Shown here piece after piece: positions 22,005 to 34,175 of a DNA stretch of 35,661 bases. How positions within the stretch are numbered: the first letter of the stretch is position 1; each line of letters begins with the position of its first letter. The translations under genes were made by a program, and so were the position numbers. The DNA comes from Octopus bimaculoides (taxonomy: Eukaryota): contig NC_068988.1 in the NCBI RefSeq assembly GCF_001194135.2, positions 68,898,499 to 68,934,159 of the forward strand. Reading direction: 5' to 3'. The notes below the pieces were generated by a model. The model saw only the letters and a list, made by a program, of their open reading frames with translations. It did not search any database and was not told where the DNA came from.

Positions 22005-22205
22005 TGGTGTATGATATTATATCACAAAGCATTGTATACCATTATGTTGTATGGCTTGTATTGTAGTGTGCAGTATGTAGTAATATAATATAGTGAGGTA
22101 TAGTACAGTATAATGTAGTGTAGTGTAGCAAGGTGTAGCGTGGCATATTATTGTATAGTGCTGTGTGATATAGTACAGTGTAACACAATGCATGTTCAAT
22201 ATGGT
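22005..22205. repeat. Degenerate pentanucleotide (TAGTG/TATTG-like) repeat
   Basis: GTAGTGTAGTGTAG, ATAGTACAGT and TTGTATTGTAG periodicity; the HYT-rich ORFs reflect this. Confidence 0.75.
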
Positions 22206-22506
22206 GCAGCTTGGTATTGAAGTCAAGAAATGTTGCATCAGGAGATGTACCCATGATCAGCATTTCTCTTGTTAGTTCATATTCCATTTTACATCCTTCA
22301 AATAATTATCAGTTTCATTCATCCACAATGCCTTAGTTCTTTAGGTACATATGCTATAATTTCACCACAACAACATACTATAAGCATTTACTTTAAGTAC
22401 AGTTTTCTTGCTGAAGGGGTTGGCATAGTGATCACCAATATGGAACTTAACATGATTCCTATTTTGTGGCAGTGTTTTACAGTCAGATAACTCTTTCATC
22501 ACCAAT

Positions 22507-22875
22507 GAGTGGCTGTGTGGTAAGTAGCTTGCTTACCAACCACATGGTTCCGGGTTCACTCCCACTGTGTGGCACCTTGGGCAAGTGTCTTCTACTATAG
22601 CCTCGGGCTGACTAAAGCCTTGTGAGTGGATTTGGTAGACGGAAACTGAAAGAAGCCTGTCGTATATATGTATATGTGTGTGTTTGTTTGTCCCCCCAAC
22701 ATCGTTGACAACCGATGGTGGTGTGTTTATGTCCCCGTAACTTAGCGGTTCGGCAAAAGACACTGATAGAATAAGTACTAGGCTTCCAAAGAATAAGTCC
22801 TGGGGTCGATTTGCTCGACTAAAGGCGGTGCTCCAGCATGGCCACAGTCAAATGACTGAAACAAGTAAAAGAGTA
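22507..22875 (+). mobile_element. Best-preserved full-length tRNA-derived SINE
   Basis: Pol III A-box-like TGGCTGTGTGG (22510) and B-box-like GGTTCACTCC (22553); CCTTGGGCAAG CORE-like motif; TG/TA middle; tail TGACTGAAACAAGTAAAAGAGTA. Confidence 0.92.
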
Positions 22876-22879
22876 ATCC

Positions 22880-23515
22880 TTTTAGGTGCCACATAAAAAG
22901 ACACCCATGTCAGTTTCACATAAAAGGCATCTGTGCCAGTGACAGGTAAAAGCACCAGTGCTGGTGTCATGTATGAAACACCTGTGCTGGTGTCATGTAT
23001 GAAACACCTGTGCTGGTGTCATGTATGAAACACCTGTGCTGGTGTCATGTATGAAACACCTGTGCTGGTGTCATGTATGAAACACCTGTGCTGGTGTCAT
23101 GTATGANNNNNNNNNNNNNNNNNNNNNNNNNNNNNNNNNNNNNNNNNNNNNNNNNNNNNNNNNNNNNNNNNNNNNNNNNNNNNNNNNNNNNNNNAGTGCT
23201 GGTGTCATGTATGAAACACCTGTGCTGGTGTCATGTATGAAACACCTGTGCTGGTGTCATGTATGAAACACCTGTGCTGGTGTCATGTATGAAACACCTG
23301 TGCTGGTGTCATGTATGAAACACCTGTGCTGGTGCCACGTATAAAGCAGCTGTGCTAGTTCCATGTAAAAAGCACATTACAAACTGTAAAGTAGTTGGCA
23401 TTGGGAAGGGCATCCAGCCATAGAAACCAGACTAAAACAGACAATTGGAGTTTGAGCAAATCCAAACCATGCCAGCATGGAAAACAGACAGTGAACTTTG
23501 ACGATGATGATTATG
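22880..23515 (+). mobile_element. RTE-type 3' UTR/tail containing an expanded minisatellite
   Basis: GGTGCCAC.TAAAAAG units, GTTGGCATTGGGAAGGGCATCCAGCCATAGAAACC and the ending CAGCATGGAAAACAGAC...GACGATGATGAT. Confidence 0.82.
22958..23365 (+). repeat. 26-bp minisatellite (GTGCTGGTGTCATGTATGAAACACCT)n, at least 10 identical units, spans gap 23107-23194
   Basis: Units start at 22958, 22984, 23010, 23036 and 23062, then 23196-23300; there are no spacers, so it is not CRISPR. Confidence 0.97.
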
Positions 23516-23974
23516 ACACTTTTAGGCATCTCTTACAACACACAGGATTATGGTGCATATATTCTAAAACCAGGAGAGAATGATTATAATTCTGCCATAT
23601 CATCTATTTATATAGTGACATAACAGAGACATTGCCAAGATAACAGATTTGTTGCAGAGAGCAGGCATCATGATTTTTATGGATAATTATTCTAAGTTCA
23701 ATACTTCTTATACTTGCTATTACCAATTCTTCATCTGGGATGTATAAAACAAGAACCAGTCATTAAAAGATATTGATTTAATTGATAAGTCTTGCTCTGC
23801 TCTGTTCAAACAGAATCATGGACAATATTGCTTTCGAGAATAAAATCCTGCAGGCCACAAAATTTCAGATAAGCTAAATTAGTGGGTAAATACTTTTCTG
23901 TTTATCTATAATTCAATGACTGAGGTTGGAATGGAATATGATCTTTTGAGAGTTTTCAATCTCATTATCTATAT

Positions 23975-23975
23975 A

Positions 23976-24030
<55 letters not shown>

Positions 24031-25013
24031 NNNNNNNNNNNNNNNNNNNNNNNNNNNNNNNNNNNNNNNNNNNNNNNNNNNNNNNNNNNNNNNNNNNNNN
24101 NNNNNNNNNNNNNNNNNNNNNNNNNNNNNNNNNNNNNNNNNNNNNNNNNNNNNNNNNNNNNNNNNNNNNNNNNNNNNNNNNNNNNNNNNNNNNNNNNNNN
24201 NNNNNNNNNNNNNNNNNNNNNNNNNNNNNNNNNNNNNNNNNNNNNNNNNNNNNNNNNNNNNNNNNNNNNNNNNNNNNNNNNNNNNNNNNNNNNNNNNNNN
24301 NNNNNNNNNNNNNNNNNNNNNNNNNNNNNNNNNNNNNNNNNNNNNNNNNNNNNNNNNNNNNNNNNNNNNNNNNNNNNNNNNNNNNNNNNNNNNNNNNNNN
24401 NNNNNNNNNNNNNNNNNNNNNNNNNNNNNNNNNNNNNNNNNNNNNNNNNNNNNNNNNNNNNNNNNNNNNNNNNNNNNNNNNNNNNNNNNNNNNNNNNNNN
24501 NNNNNNNNNNNNNNNNNNNNNNNNNNNNNNNNNNNNNNNNNNNNNNNNNNNNNNNNNNNNNNNNNNNNNNNNNNNNNNNNNNNNNNNNNNNNNNNNNNNN
24601 NNNNNNNNNNNNNNNNNNNNNNNNNNNNNNNNNNNNNNNNNNNNNNNNNNNNNNNNNNNNNNNNNNNNNNNNNNNNNNNNNNNNNNNNNNNNNNNNNNNN
24701 NNNNNNNNNNNNNNNNNNNNNNNNNNNNNNNNNNNNNNNNNNNNNNNNNNNNNNNNNNNNNNNNNNNNNNNNNNNNNNNNNNNNNNNNNNNNNNNNNNNN
24801 NNNNNNNNNNNNNNNNNNNNNNNNNNNNNNNNNNNNNNNNNNNNNNNNNNNNNNNNNNNNNNNNNNNNNNNNNNNNNNNNNNNNNNNNNNNNNNNNNNNN
24901 NNNNNNNNNNNNNNNNNNNNNNNNNNNNNNNNNNNNNNNNNNNNNNNNNNNNNNNNNNNNNNNNNNNNNNNNNNNNNNNNNNNNNNNNNNNNNNNNNNNN
25001 NNNNNNNNNNNNN

Positions 25014-25048
<35 letters not shown>

Positions 25049-25053
25049 GTATG

Positions 25054-25104
<51 letters not shown>

Positions 25105-25125
25105 GTATGTATATATATATATGTC
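23975..25125. other. (TG)n/(TA)n microsatellites flanking the largest assembly gap (N 24031-25013)
   Basis: Seen directly; source of the spurious 385-485 aa ORFs. Confidence 0.97.
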
Positions 25126-25184
25126 TGTATAGCCACAACAGTATATACATACAAACATGCACAGAAATATATATGCCATATAGG

Positions 25185-25378
25185 TGTAGGCTTGGCCATG
25201 TAGTTAAGAAGCTTGCTTCCCAACCATGTGGTTTGGGGTTCAGTCTTACTTGGGCAAGTATTTTCTATTATAGCCCCAGGCAGATTAAAGTCCTGTGAGT
25301 GGATTTCATTGACAGAAACTGAAAGAAGTCCACCTGCCCTCACATGGCAGCAGTGCAATGACTCAAACAAGTAAAAAC
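25185..25378 (+). mobile_element. Internally deleted SINE (head plus short tail)
   Basis: AAGAAGCTTGCTTCCCAACCATG..CTTGGGCAAGT..GTGAGTGGATTT..GAAACTGAAAGAAG joined to TGACTCAAACAAGTAAAA. Confidence 0.8.
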
Positions 25379-25450
25379 TAATTAATGAATGAATGAATCT
25401 ATTTATGTATGTATTTATGTATACCCATCAATATTTATATTTATATATTA

Positions 25451-25500
25451 GGTCAGTACTCCAGCATGGTCGCAGCCAAATGACTGAAACAAGTAAAAGC
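25451..25500 (+). mobile_element. Isolated SINE tail
   Basis: CTCCAGCATGGTCGCAGCCAAATGACTGAAACAAGTAAAAG matches 22830-22870. Confidence 0.75.
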
Positions 25501-25559
25501 ATTTATACAACAAATGTAAATATGTATGTGTGCATGTGTGCATGAATATGTATGCATGC

Positions 25560-25615
<56 letters not shown>

Positions 25616-25627
25616 CTATATACATGT

Positions 25628-26412
25628 ATCATCATCATCATCATTTAATGTCCGCTTTCCTTGCTAGCATGGGTTGGACGATTTGACTGAGGACTGGTGA
25701 ACCAGATGGCTACACCAGGCTCCAATCTGATTTGGCAGAGTTTCTACAGCTGGATGCCCTTCCTAACGCCAACCACTCCGAGAGTGCAGTGGGTGNNNNN
25801 NNNNNCCAGATGGCTACACCAGGCTCCAATCTGATTTGGCAGAGTTTCTACAGCTGGATGCCCTTCCTAACGCCAACCACTCCGAGAGTGCAGTGGGTGC
25901 TTTTACTTGCCACCGGCACGAAGGCCAGTCAGGCGGTACTGGCAACGGCCATGCTCGAAATGGTGTATTTTAACATGCCACTTGCACAGGAGCCAGTCCA
26001 GCAGCACTGGCAATGATCTCGCTTGAATGTCTTTTCACATGCCACCGACACAAGTGCCAGGAAGGCGACACTGGTATCGATCATGCTCAAATGGTGTTAT
26101 TTATGTGCCACTGGCGTGGAAGCCAGACAGCTGCTCTGGCAATGATCACGCTCGAATGGTGCTCTTAGCATTCCACTGGTACAGGTGCCATTACAATTTC
26201 GCTTTTGCTTGCCTCAAGAGGTCTTCGCAAGCTGAGATTAGTGTCCAATGAAGGAAAGGTACACATAAGTGGGCTGGCTATATCACTGGCAGAAGCCTTG
26301 AATTTTGGTCTCACTTGGCTTGCTGGTTCTTCTCACGCACAGCATATTTCCAAAGGTCTCGGTCAGAAGTCATTGCCATGCTGAGGCCTAATTTTCGAAG
26401 GTCATACTCACC
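25628..26412 (-). mobile_element. RTE 3' end (last codons, repeat-rich UTR, (GAT)n tail), young subfamily
   Basis: High similarity to 14650-14960; the 26330-26410 region encodes the AMT.DRDLWKYAVREK-type C-terminus; internal 94-bp duplication across a 10-N gap. Confidence 0.9.
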
Positions 26413-28043
26413 TATATACATGTATACATATATGTGTATGTATATATATATACACCTATATACATATACATATATATGGGCATATATATATTATGTATAC
26501 ACACATATACAAATGCATATATCAATAGCTCCGTTTATAGATATATGTATACATAACAAGAGTGAATAAAATGCAGAAAAGTATAATTTTACATATAATT
26601 CATAATTTAATTGTGTTCTACACCTGTTTAAAGAGAGTAAAAGCATTACCAGTTATATAATTATGTTACCAACATATATAATTAATTAACTGAGATATAT
26701 GAGTTACCCATTTCTGCAGAATTAAAAAAGAAAACTACATATCAAAACTGATTTTGATGAAAAATCCTTAGCAGTATTTTGATTTCCAATTTTTCAAAAT
26801 GCATGGGTGAGACTATATTTCTGTATGCGCTTGTGTATATCCTTTATGTGTACATATATCAAATATTCACAGAAATACTGCAACACATACAAAAACACAT
26901 GACACATACTGCTCACACACCATGCTCACACATTGAATAACTCATTTTTCACATTTCTCACACACACACATATTAGTATGCACACACACACACAGACACA
27001 TGTACCACTTTATTTCCAATAGACAGCAACCAGCAGGTATACAAACGTTCACAATACATTATGATGGGTAGACATGTTTCTGTGCCTACATGCATAAATA
27101 TAGGAACATACCAATATAGCAGACCCACACACATATATACATATGTATGCATAGATAAATATAGATATAGATATAGATATATATGCATGCATGAACACAC
27201 AAACACACACACATTTAATATATATATTTACACAACATGCACACACACCAGCAAACATATTTATGCATGTGTATATCATAGATAGCATGTATAAACATAT
27301 TTTATGAATGAACCACGAAATATTGTTCAATTATTGTTGAAACCTTAACAAAACTACACTAAAAGCTGCACTTGCAAAATTATATATTTCTTCATTTTAT
27401 GTCTAAGAGCTTTTACTTTTTAGGAACAAGCATCTCAAGATCTTTCCTATTTCTTTAGTATTGCATGAATAAAAAGATTTGGCAATCACAAAAAAACAAC
27501 AATATCAAAAATGTTTAAAAACCATCAACCTAAAAATCAATTTAATAAAATTATTTTTAAAGATCTACATGAAGGGAAATAAGAGAATATTCAGAGATAC
27601 AGCAGGAATTTTCAAGGAAATGATTTTCATTGCATGCTTAAAAGGTTTAAAAACAAACAGTTTTAATAGTTTATAGAAATATTTGAGTACTCAAAAAAAT
27701 TTCATGCTGAAGCTATATCTTTACTAATATATCTGAAGAATTCTTTAAAATTTTAAATTTAATTTAATTGAGGAAAGCTAGCTAAGGAATATGTGAAAAG
27801 ATTGTCTAATAAAACATCTGACCATTTATGGAGTTTTGATAATGCTTACAATAGTACATATAGGTGTAATCATTTGTATGTAAGTATATGCATGTGTGTG
27901 ACATGTTCATTTTGCATCCATTTTTCATGACAGTAAAGGTTGGGTTGATCTTCTCTAGCGCTGTGCTCTGCTACTTATTGCAGGCTTTTGGCAGATGCAT
28001 ACATGTATGTATGTGCGTGTGTGTCTGTGTGTGTGTGAGACTA

Positions 28044-28390
28044 TCATCATCATTATTTAATGTTTGTCTTGGCTTGTACGTTTTGACAAGAGTTGGCATG
28101 CTGGAAAACTGAACCAGGTTCCATCCTCTGCCTTGGCATGATTTCTATGGCTTGGATACCCCTTCTTAATGCCAACTACAATACAGAGTGCATAGGGTGC
28201 TTTTTATATGGTAGCAGCACTGGTGCTTTTTGTGTCACCAACAACAATGGGGTCACCATGTGACTTGTGAGATGAAGACCCCCTCTGAGAGATTAGATTA
28301 TAATAGAGATATAGAGATAGGTGTCTTACTATGGAGGAGATACTTGGCTGCCCCACTAGCGAGAGGAAGGACAGATAGAGTTAGAGAAAG
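28044..28390 (-). mobile_element. Degenerate RTE-type tail element
   Basis: (CAT)n..TTTAATGT start and TTTCTATGGC.TGGAT.CCC.TTCTTAATGCCAAC..C.ATACAGAGTG..GGGTGCTTTT block shared with the other tails. Confidence 0.65.
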
Positions 28391-28494
28391 ACCTAGAGAG
28401 ACTGTCAAAATGTGTGTGTGTGTGTGAGAGAGAGAGAAAGAAAGAGAAACAGATGGTGTTGGAAATGTAATATACATACATTCTAGAGACTTAA

Positions 28495-29450
28495 GAAAAA
28501 TCTAATTCACACCCTTAATTCTTCAGAGCTCAAAGATACAATAGAAACCAATCTGAGGGTAGCTTTCTTAGATGTGGCATTAGGTTTTACACAGGTACCT
28601 ATAAACACTTTTTAAAATTGAAGAAGAGGCTGAAATATATTAATGCAGGTTCCTGTCATCCAACCATATTTTTCAGAAGCCTGGTCGAGAATGTTAGCAG
28701 AAAATGTCCAGTCTATCTTCAAGTAAGGAGATTTTTGAGACCATAATCCTGTACTACAAGGCACTAGCAGCCAGAGATTTTGAGGATAGAATTAAGTATA
28801 TGCCCAAACCTAATCTTATCAAGGAAAATGGCCCCATTTTCTCTGAATGTAAAATCTTGTGCAGCCAGGATCTTCCTTAGTTTAATCAATAATCATTTCA
28901 TCCAAGCACGTATATTCAGGAAAATATTTAATACACACCTTGAGGGTACGTTTAGATGTGCTCCAAGCAAAATGAAAATATTATTAAGAAGGCAAAAACT
29001 TGAAATGGAAGGAGGCTGCTCATGCAGAGCTAACATCACATGCCTACCTAACTACCATTGCAGTACAGAAACTAGTTTGTATGAGATGGAGATGACATCA
29101 AAGAATCCAAACAGAGTGACAGACATGCAAAAGATGTGGATGTGACAGGTATCTTCAAGACCAGATTCAACTACTACGAGTTTTTGTTTGACATTCAAGA
29201 GAAGCGATATGTCACATCTCTAGCATGGCACACCAGGACAGTGAAGAAAAATGCTGTGTGTTACGACATTGTGTGGAGGATACAGGGAAAATGCAAACAT
29301 TATTTTAACAGTAGTAGAAGATGCAAGCTTTGCTTCACTGAGAAAAATATACTAAAGAACTTTTTCCATCCAAGGAATCTCCTTTAATTGTAAGAGTGAT
29401 TTTCCAATCCTGCCCTCATGTACAAAGATTTGTCCTATCAAACTCTCCAA
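28495..29450 (+). mobile_element. Penelope-like element fragment (RT C-terminus/thumb plus GIY-YIG region), degenerate
   Basis: TIETNLRVAFLDV, KYINAGSCHP, PFSLNVKS..RIFLSLINNHF..FRKIFN, CSCR..C..C, FKTRFNYY, SLAWH, WRI.GKCKHY.NSSRRCKLCFTEK match PLE consensus (FLDV, NPPFS, CNCR, FKTRYYNH, CNLCLTEK). Confidence 0.88.
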
Positions 29451-30479
29451 TTGCACCATGAATATAAACACTGGAGTACCTCCAGTTTTTCATTTCACAA
29501 AATACAAGGAGTTAATATAAGACTTGCTATACCCATCTGTGGCATATATACACAGATTCACACATGTATGCATACATTCACACATATATGCACACATTCA
29601 CACATATATATATATGCACACATTCACACATAATGATAAAACATTAATGGATATGTCGAAGGCTGATCCTTTCAGTAGTTGTCTAATGGAAATCATCTCA
29701 ATTTCAGCAAGGTTAGAAATGAGTGTGCATGAAAAGAAATGATCAATGATGAGAAAAAAATGTGAAAAACTAACTGTATAATGATGAATGTCAGATAAAA
29801 AATGTGAAATGAAACAAACAAGGAGTTCACGACATATTGTCTTATGACCATAGCAATGGAATGAGAGTAGTAACTCATAGAGAAATATCACCTTGTAACC
29901 TCCATCATGCTAAGAGACAAAATCAGCCATACATTCTCTGTAAAACCAAAAGGGGCAAGTGGAAGATTTGGGCAAAAAGGCAGAAGTGTGGTTGGAGATG
30001 ATAGCAAGCATGTATAGATAATGATTGTCATGGAGAAATGGAGAGGATAAATGGTAACTGAATGCCAGGTAGAAAGATATATAAATATATATAAGTAGAT
30101 ACAGATATGTAAGAAGTTATATATTAATGTTACCATTGATATCACTATCACTTTGTGCCAGCTTACCCTGCATTTTCCCTTTGTAAGATGGGTCTTCTCC
30201 AACACACTGTTTAGGAACTTTCTCTTCTTCTTTTGTGAGGTTCAGCTGTGCAAGTTCAGATTTCCCCATTTCTGTTCATATATTTCCTTGATCTTTCTCA
30301 TGTCTTTCTTTGATCTTCTAATTACATTGTTTAGCACATGTTTATCCAACTGTTAACCTTCATATGTTTGCAACAGACCTGTCTTATTTTTTATTACATC
30401 TGAGTTTTCTTAAAATTAGTTTTTATCTCAGTTCATTTGCACCATGTTATTCATGAAATCTAACATTACACATTCAAAG

Positions 30480-31330
30480 GAACATACCCCCTTTCTTCCA
30501 TCACTCACAAATTCTGCACATTGAATATACATGTACCACTACTATGCAATTTCACATGCTGTGCACAAGCATCATGCAATCTACTCTTTATTGTAAATCA
30601 GAAACCTTTTATTGCCAGCAGAAAACATAACTCTGAACTTTTCTTCACTTGTTCATTTTCCAGGCTACTCAGCTTTCAGAAAGTTCTTTCCCACTGCTAA
30701 TTAGGTCAACTAGGTAATAGAATTTGTCAACTACTAATGAGCATTCCTACTTTTTGAAAGAATTTATTTCATGTGGGCACTTCCTGTTCACCACTCTTGC
30801 ACCTCTGCTGTATATGAATTTCTCCACAAAATCCTTCTTTCCTATGTTGCCTATGACTTAACTACATTTTGTCACCTATAATTTGCTTTTACATTCTTTT
30901 CTGCATATCAAGCATGTTAACTGCTCAGAAAGTCAGCAGAGAATTGCATGACTTCCTAATACTAAGATTTTCTTCCATATTTGAGATTTTTCCCAAATTC
31001 TTTAATAAACTAATTGGCATACAGTGACTCCCATGCACAGCAAGTCTTCATCTCCTCTATTATAGCTTGTAAACTTCAATAAACAGGAAGAAATTGAGAA
31101 ACAAGCCTTGATTGATGAATTCCTTACTGAACTCATTGCCAATTCTCACCTTACTGACAGCATTTTTGTAGTTGGCTTTCATGACTTTCACAATGCATTC
31201 ATTTATCTATACTTTGTCTTTTTTCTTAGCAACCACCAGATTTCAGAGTTGTAACTAGCTCTGGCACATGTCCAAGTTTCATCTCATTTAAACTAATTTT
31301 CTTTCAAAACAGTTGTGCTGGAAGTTTTTC
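30480..31330 (-). mobile_element. Highly degenerate RTE-clade LINE fragment (third copy)
   Basis: DEMKLGHVP, ECIVKVMKANYKNAVSKVRIGNEFSKEF and VVDKFYYL.DLISSG parallel the 4505 and 8385 copies. Confidence 0.75.
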
Positions 31331-31460
31331 ATAACTTGGTCAATAAATTGACGACGACAATACTGTTCTGTCAGTAAATATGAACGATCCTTTCTTGGAC
31401 TACATGATTGATTGTGTCCTTTACTGGTGCATATCTGACTTCATCAAGGTTGTATAGATT

Positions 31461-31620
31461 CAGATGTGGCTGTATGGTAAGAAGTTTGCTTCCCAGATAC
31501 ATGGTTTCAGGTTCAATTACACTATGTGGCGTCATGGGTAAATGTCTTCTATTTTAGCTCCAGACTGACCAAAGTCTTGTGAGTGGGTATATTAAATGAA
31601 AACTGAGAGAGACCTCTCAT
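31461..31620 (+). mobile_element. SINE 5' half followed by (TG)n
   Basis: GTGGCTGTATGGTAAGAAGTTTGCTTCCC...CTGACCAAAGTCTTGTGAGTGG; (TG)n at 31637-31685. Confidence 0.8.
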
Positions 31621-31654
31621 ATATTTGTGTATTCATGTGTGTGTGTGTATCTGT

Positions 31655-31688
<34 letters not shown>

Positions 31689-31749
31689 GTGTACTCATGC
31701 ACTTGTATGCACATGTAAATGTTACTGACTACTTATTCTGACATCATCT

Positions 31750-31970
31750 AAATGTTGTGAATGAATGTCACCATCATGAAAGCAGCATCAGTCATTTCCA
31801 GTCTTCTGAGAAAACATGTCTGGTTATGGGGAAATATTAGTTTGCTTGGAAACAAGTGATGGTTGGTAATAGCAAGGGCATCTGGCCATAGAAGATTCAC
31901 CTCAACAATTTCCATACAACTCATGTAATTATGGAAAAGTAGATGATAAAACAATGTAGATGATGATGAT
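31750..31970 (+). mobile_element. Short retroelement with unrelated body but RTE-type tail and (GAT)n end
   Basis: GGTTGG...AAGGGCATC.GGCC.TAGAA and CATG.AA..ATGGAAAAGTAGA..TAAAAC..GATGATGAT are shared with the RTE tails; the upstream body differs. Confidence 0.6.
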
Positions 31971-33469
31971 TAGCAAATATCATTACTGGTCTGGTTAATT
32001 TCTCTGCCTTCATTTCCTCAATTGTCATTCCAACTATATAACCATCAATAACAATAGCTGGTTCTATTTAGTTTTGTAGTTCCTCACTCTGCCACATATT
32101 CTTATCATTCAGCAATCTTTCATACAATAAATATACTACTGTCATTAAGCCTTTTAAGTTGTAAATAAATTCACAGCCATACATTTAATAAATACCTATT
32201 TAGTCTCATTGCTCAAATAGATTCTAAGTTTAAACTACATGGTTATCTCTACAGAAAAACTTCAGAAGTTTCACTGGTATTTATAAGCCTGTCAGCAGTG
32301 TTTACATCATTTAATCTACAGAGAGAGAGAGACAGACAGACAGAAACACAGTAGCTGATAGCAATTTATGGAATGTACAATGAAAAGCAGACACCAGTTT
32401 TAGCAAATTTTCATATTTGTACAACTGTTGGAAACTCATCATGTTAATTAACTGAAAGACTGAGACAGCAAATTAATTTCTGTATAATGAAGTATTAGAT
32501 TTCATGTTGTGTTTATATTGAAGAGAATCTTTAACAGTTATGAAACTAACAACATGTAAATTAGTTTATCCATGTCCAAACTAAACCACATTTCCGTATA
32601 GCTACAAGCTATCATTTTCTAAATAGTATATCAGAGTTAATTGAAAATTGAAAATCAATAATAATAGTAAAGCTGGTCATCCTGTTATAAATACTCTACT
32701 GCTAAAAACTCATGAAATATACTCCAGGATGTATTGCATTTGAATATTTTCTATTTATAAAGTATATAAATATATTTTAATGAACTAAATCATAGAGATT
32801 GATTGTTTGTGGATAAGTTTGTTGATATATATCTTCTTGTATACATGTAATAAATATTCACTGAAACATTCTGTGTAAACAAACCCTGCAGTTAAACCAG
32901 AGTTATCTCCATGAAGAACTGATTGGAAAACAAGCTCAACTAGCTTCACCGCTTATTATCACCCCATCAGGAGTGTTTTAATTCATCAGAGAGAGAGAGA
33001 GAGAGAGAGAAAGAAAGTGAGAGTGTGTATCTTATAGTTATTTACTTAAAATGTAATGAATGATTGGATACTACTTTTCTTCACTCGTATGTCAGTCAGT
33101 AAGTTCAAAACATGTGAAATTAGTAAATTTAAAGAAAGTTGATTTATTTACTTGATTTCCATTTTTCAAATGTCTGGCCTTTTGTAAAACTAGACTAAAT
33201 GCACATTTCTTTTTATGCAGCTATGTAAATATATTTTGCCCCATAAACACACTGTCTCCATACATTTTTTCATATATGTATAGCATCAATGTCTAAATCA
33301 TTGTACACCTATCGCCTGAATGAAACTCATTAAGGTAGGATTCTACAGCTAGATGTCTTTGCTTGTTTCTCAAGAGAGAATTATTCCATGAATTTGTACA
33401 TCAAACCACTATATTGCCAGACATCTTATTTATGCAATACTTAAACATGCGTAGCTTGTTTCCTTAGTC

Positions 33470-33760
33470 ATGCCACTACATTTCTCAACAGTACAAATTT
33501 AATTTGTGGTCCGTGGGAAGAGCCATTCTAACAATGCGTCTTGCCCTAACTCTTCAAAACGCTTAGTTTTAGAATGGTGGTAGCTGATGAAGGAAATGTT
33601 CTCTATGTGGCCTGTGTGTTTTCTGTACTCTGTTTATCATTTTGTCCACGTCTTTTTGCAATGTCCTGTACCCAGGTATGCATCTATATATACATGTAGA
33701 TGTAGGTATGTACATACATGTACGTATATATGCATATGCTCATATATTATTGGTATTATA
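33470..33760. repeat. Interspersed repeat copy 1 (paralogous to 34176-34380); possibly a PLE terminal region
   Basis: Shared blocks AAACGC.TAGTTT.AGAAT...CTGATGAAGGAAA.GTTC..TA.GTGGC and GTCCTGTACC..G.TATGCATCTATATATACATGTA. Confidence 0.75.
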
Positions 33761-34175
33761 TATATATATATATATATATATAATACTATTTTACATTGAA
33801 GAATGGTAAGATGGAATAGGAACATGAACTTAAATGCATTAGTGGATTACTGACCCAGTTTGGGACAGCCAGAGACTTGTCTTTCTCACCAGCCAGGATG
33901 AAAAGGTCAAAATCTAGGTTATTTTAGGGACACTAACATATGAACAATTTTGGTTAGGCTAGTACTCTGCTAGATGGTATCTGAGAAAGGCAGTTAAATT
34001 CTACCCTGATAAAGCAGCATCAGTAATTAACACCAAAATGCACATCGAGATGTAAAATTTGCAGTGTGCACTGACGTGTAGCAGAAACACATGTTGGTAC
34101 TAACAAGGAAAGATGTGAGTGACTGTATAATAAAACCTAGATATGTAAATCTCTGTTCTCCTAATTTATTAATTT

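Noticed and set aside
22250-22500. Possible very old LINE C-terminal fragment on the minus strand (KTVLKVNAYSMLLW)
   Set aside because: Similarity too weak to support by eye.
22507-22580. tRNA gene
   Set aside because: A/B boxes are present but there is no cloverleaf, and it continues into a SINE body.
22958-23365. CRISPR-like array
   Set aside because: Units are head-to-tail with no unique spacers, the context is eukaryotic, and there are no cas genes.
23913-25370. ORFs of 385-485 aa
   Set aside because: They span a 983-N gap and TA microsatellites; the remainder is SINE sequence.
29690-30080. Possible host exon or old RTE C-terminus (GASGRFGQKGRSVVGDD)
   Set aside because: Multiple stops in all frames; resemblance marginal.
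32860-33075. Promoter/enhancer (TGTAAACAAA forkhead-like site, two GATTGG boxes, GA repeat)
   Set aside because: Short motifs are expected by chance in AT-rich DNA, and there is no associated exon or transcript evidence.
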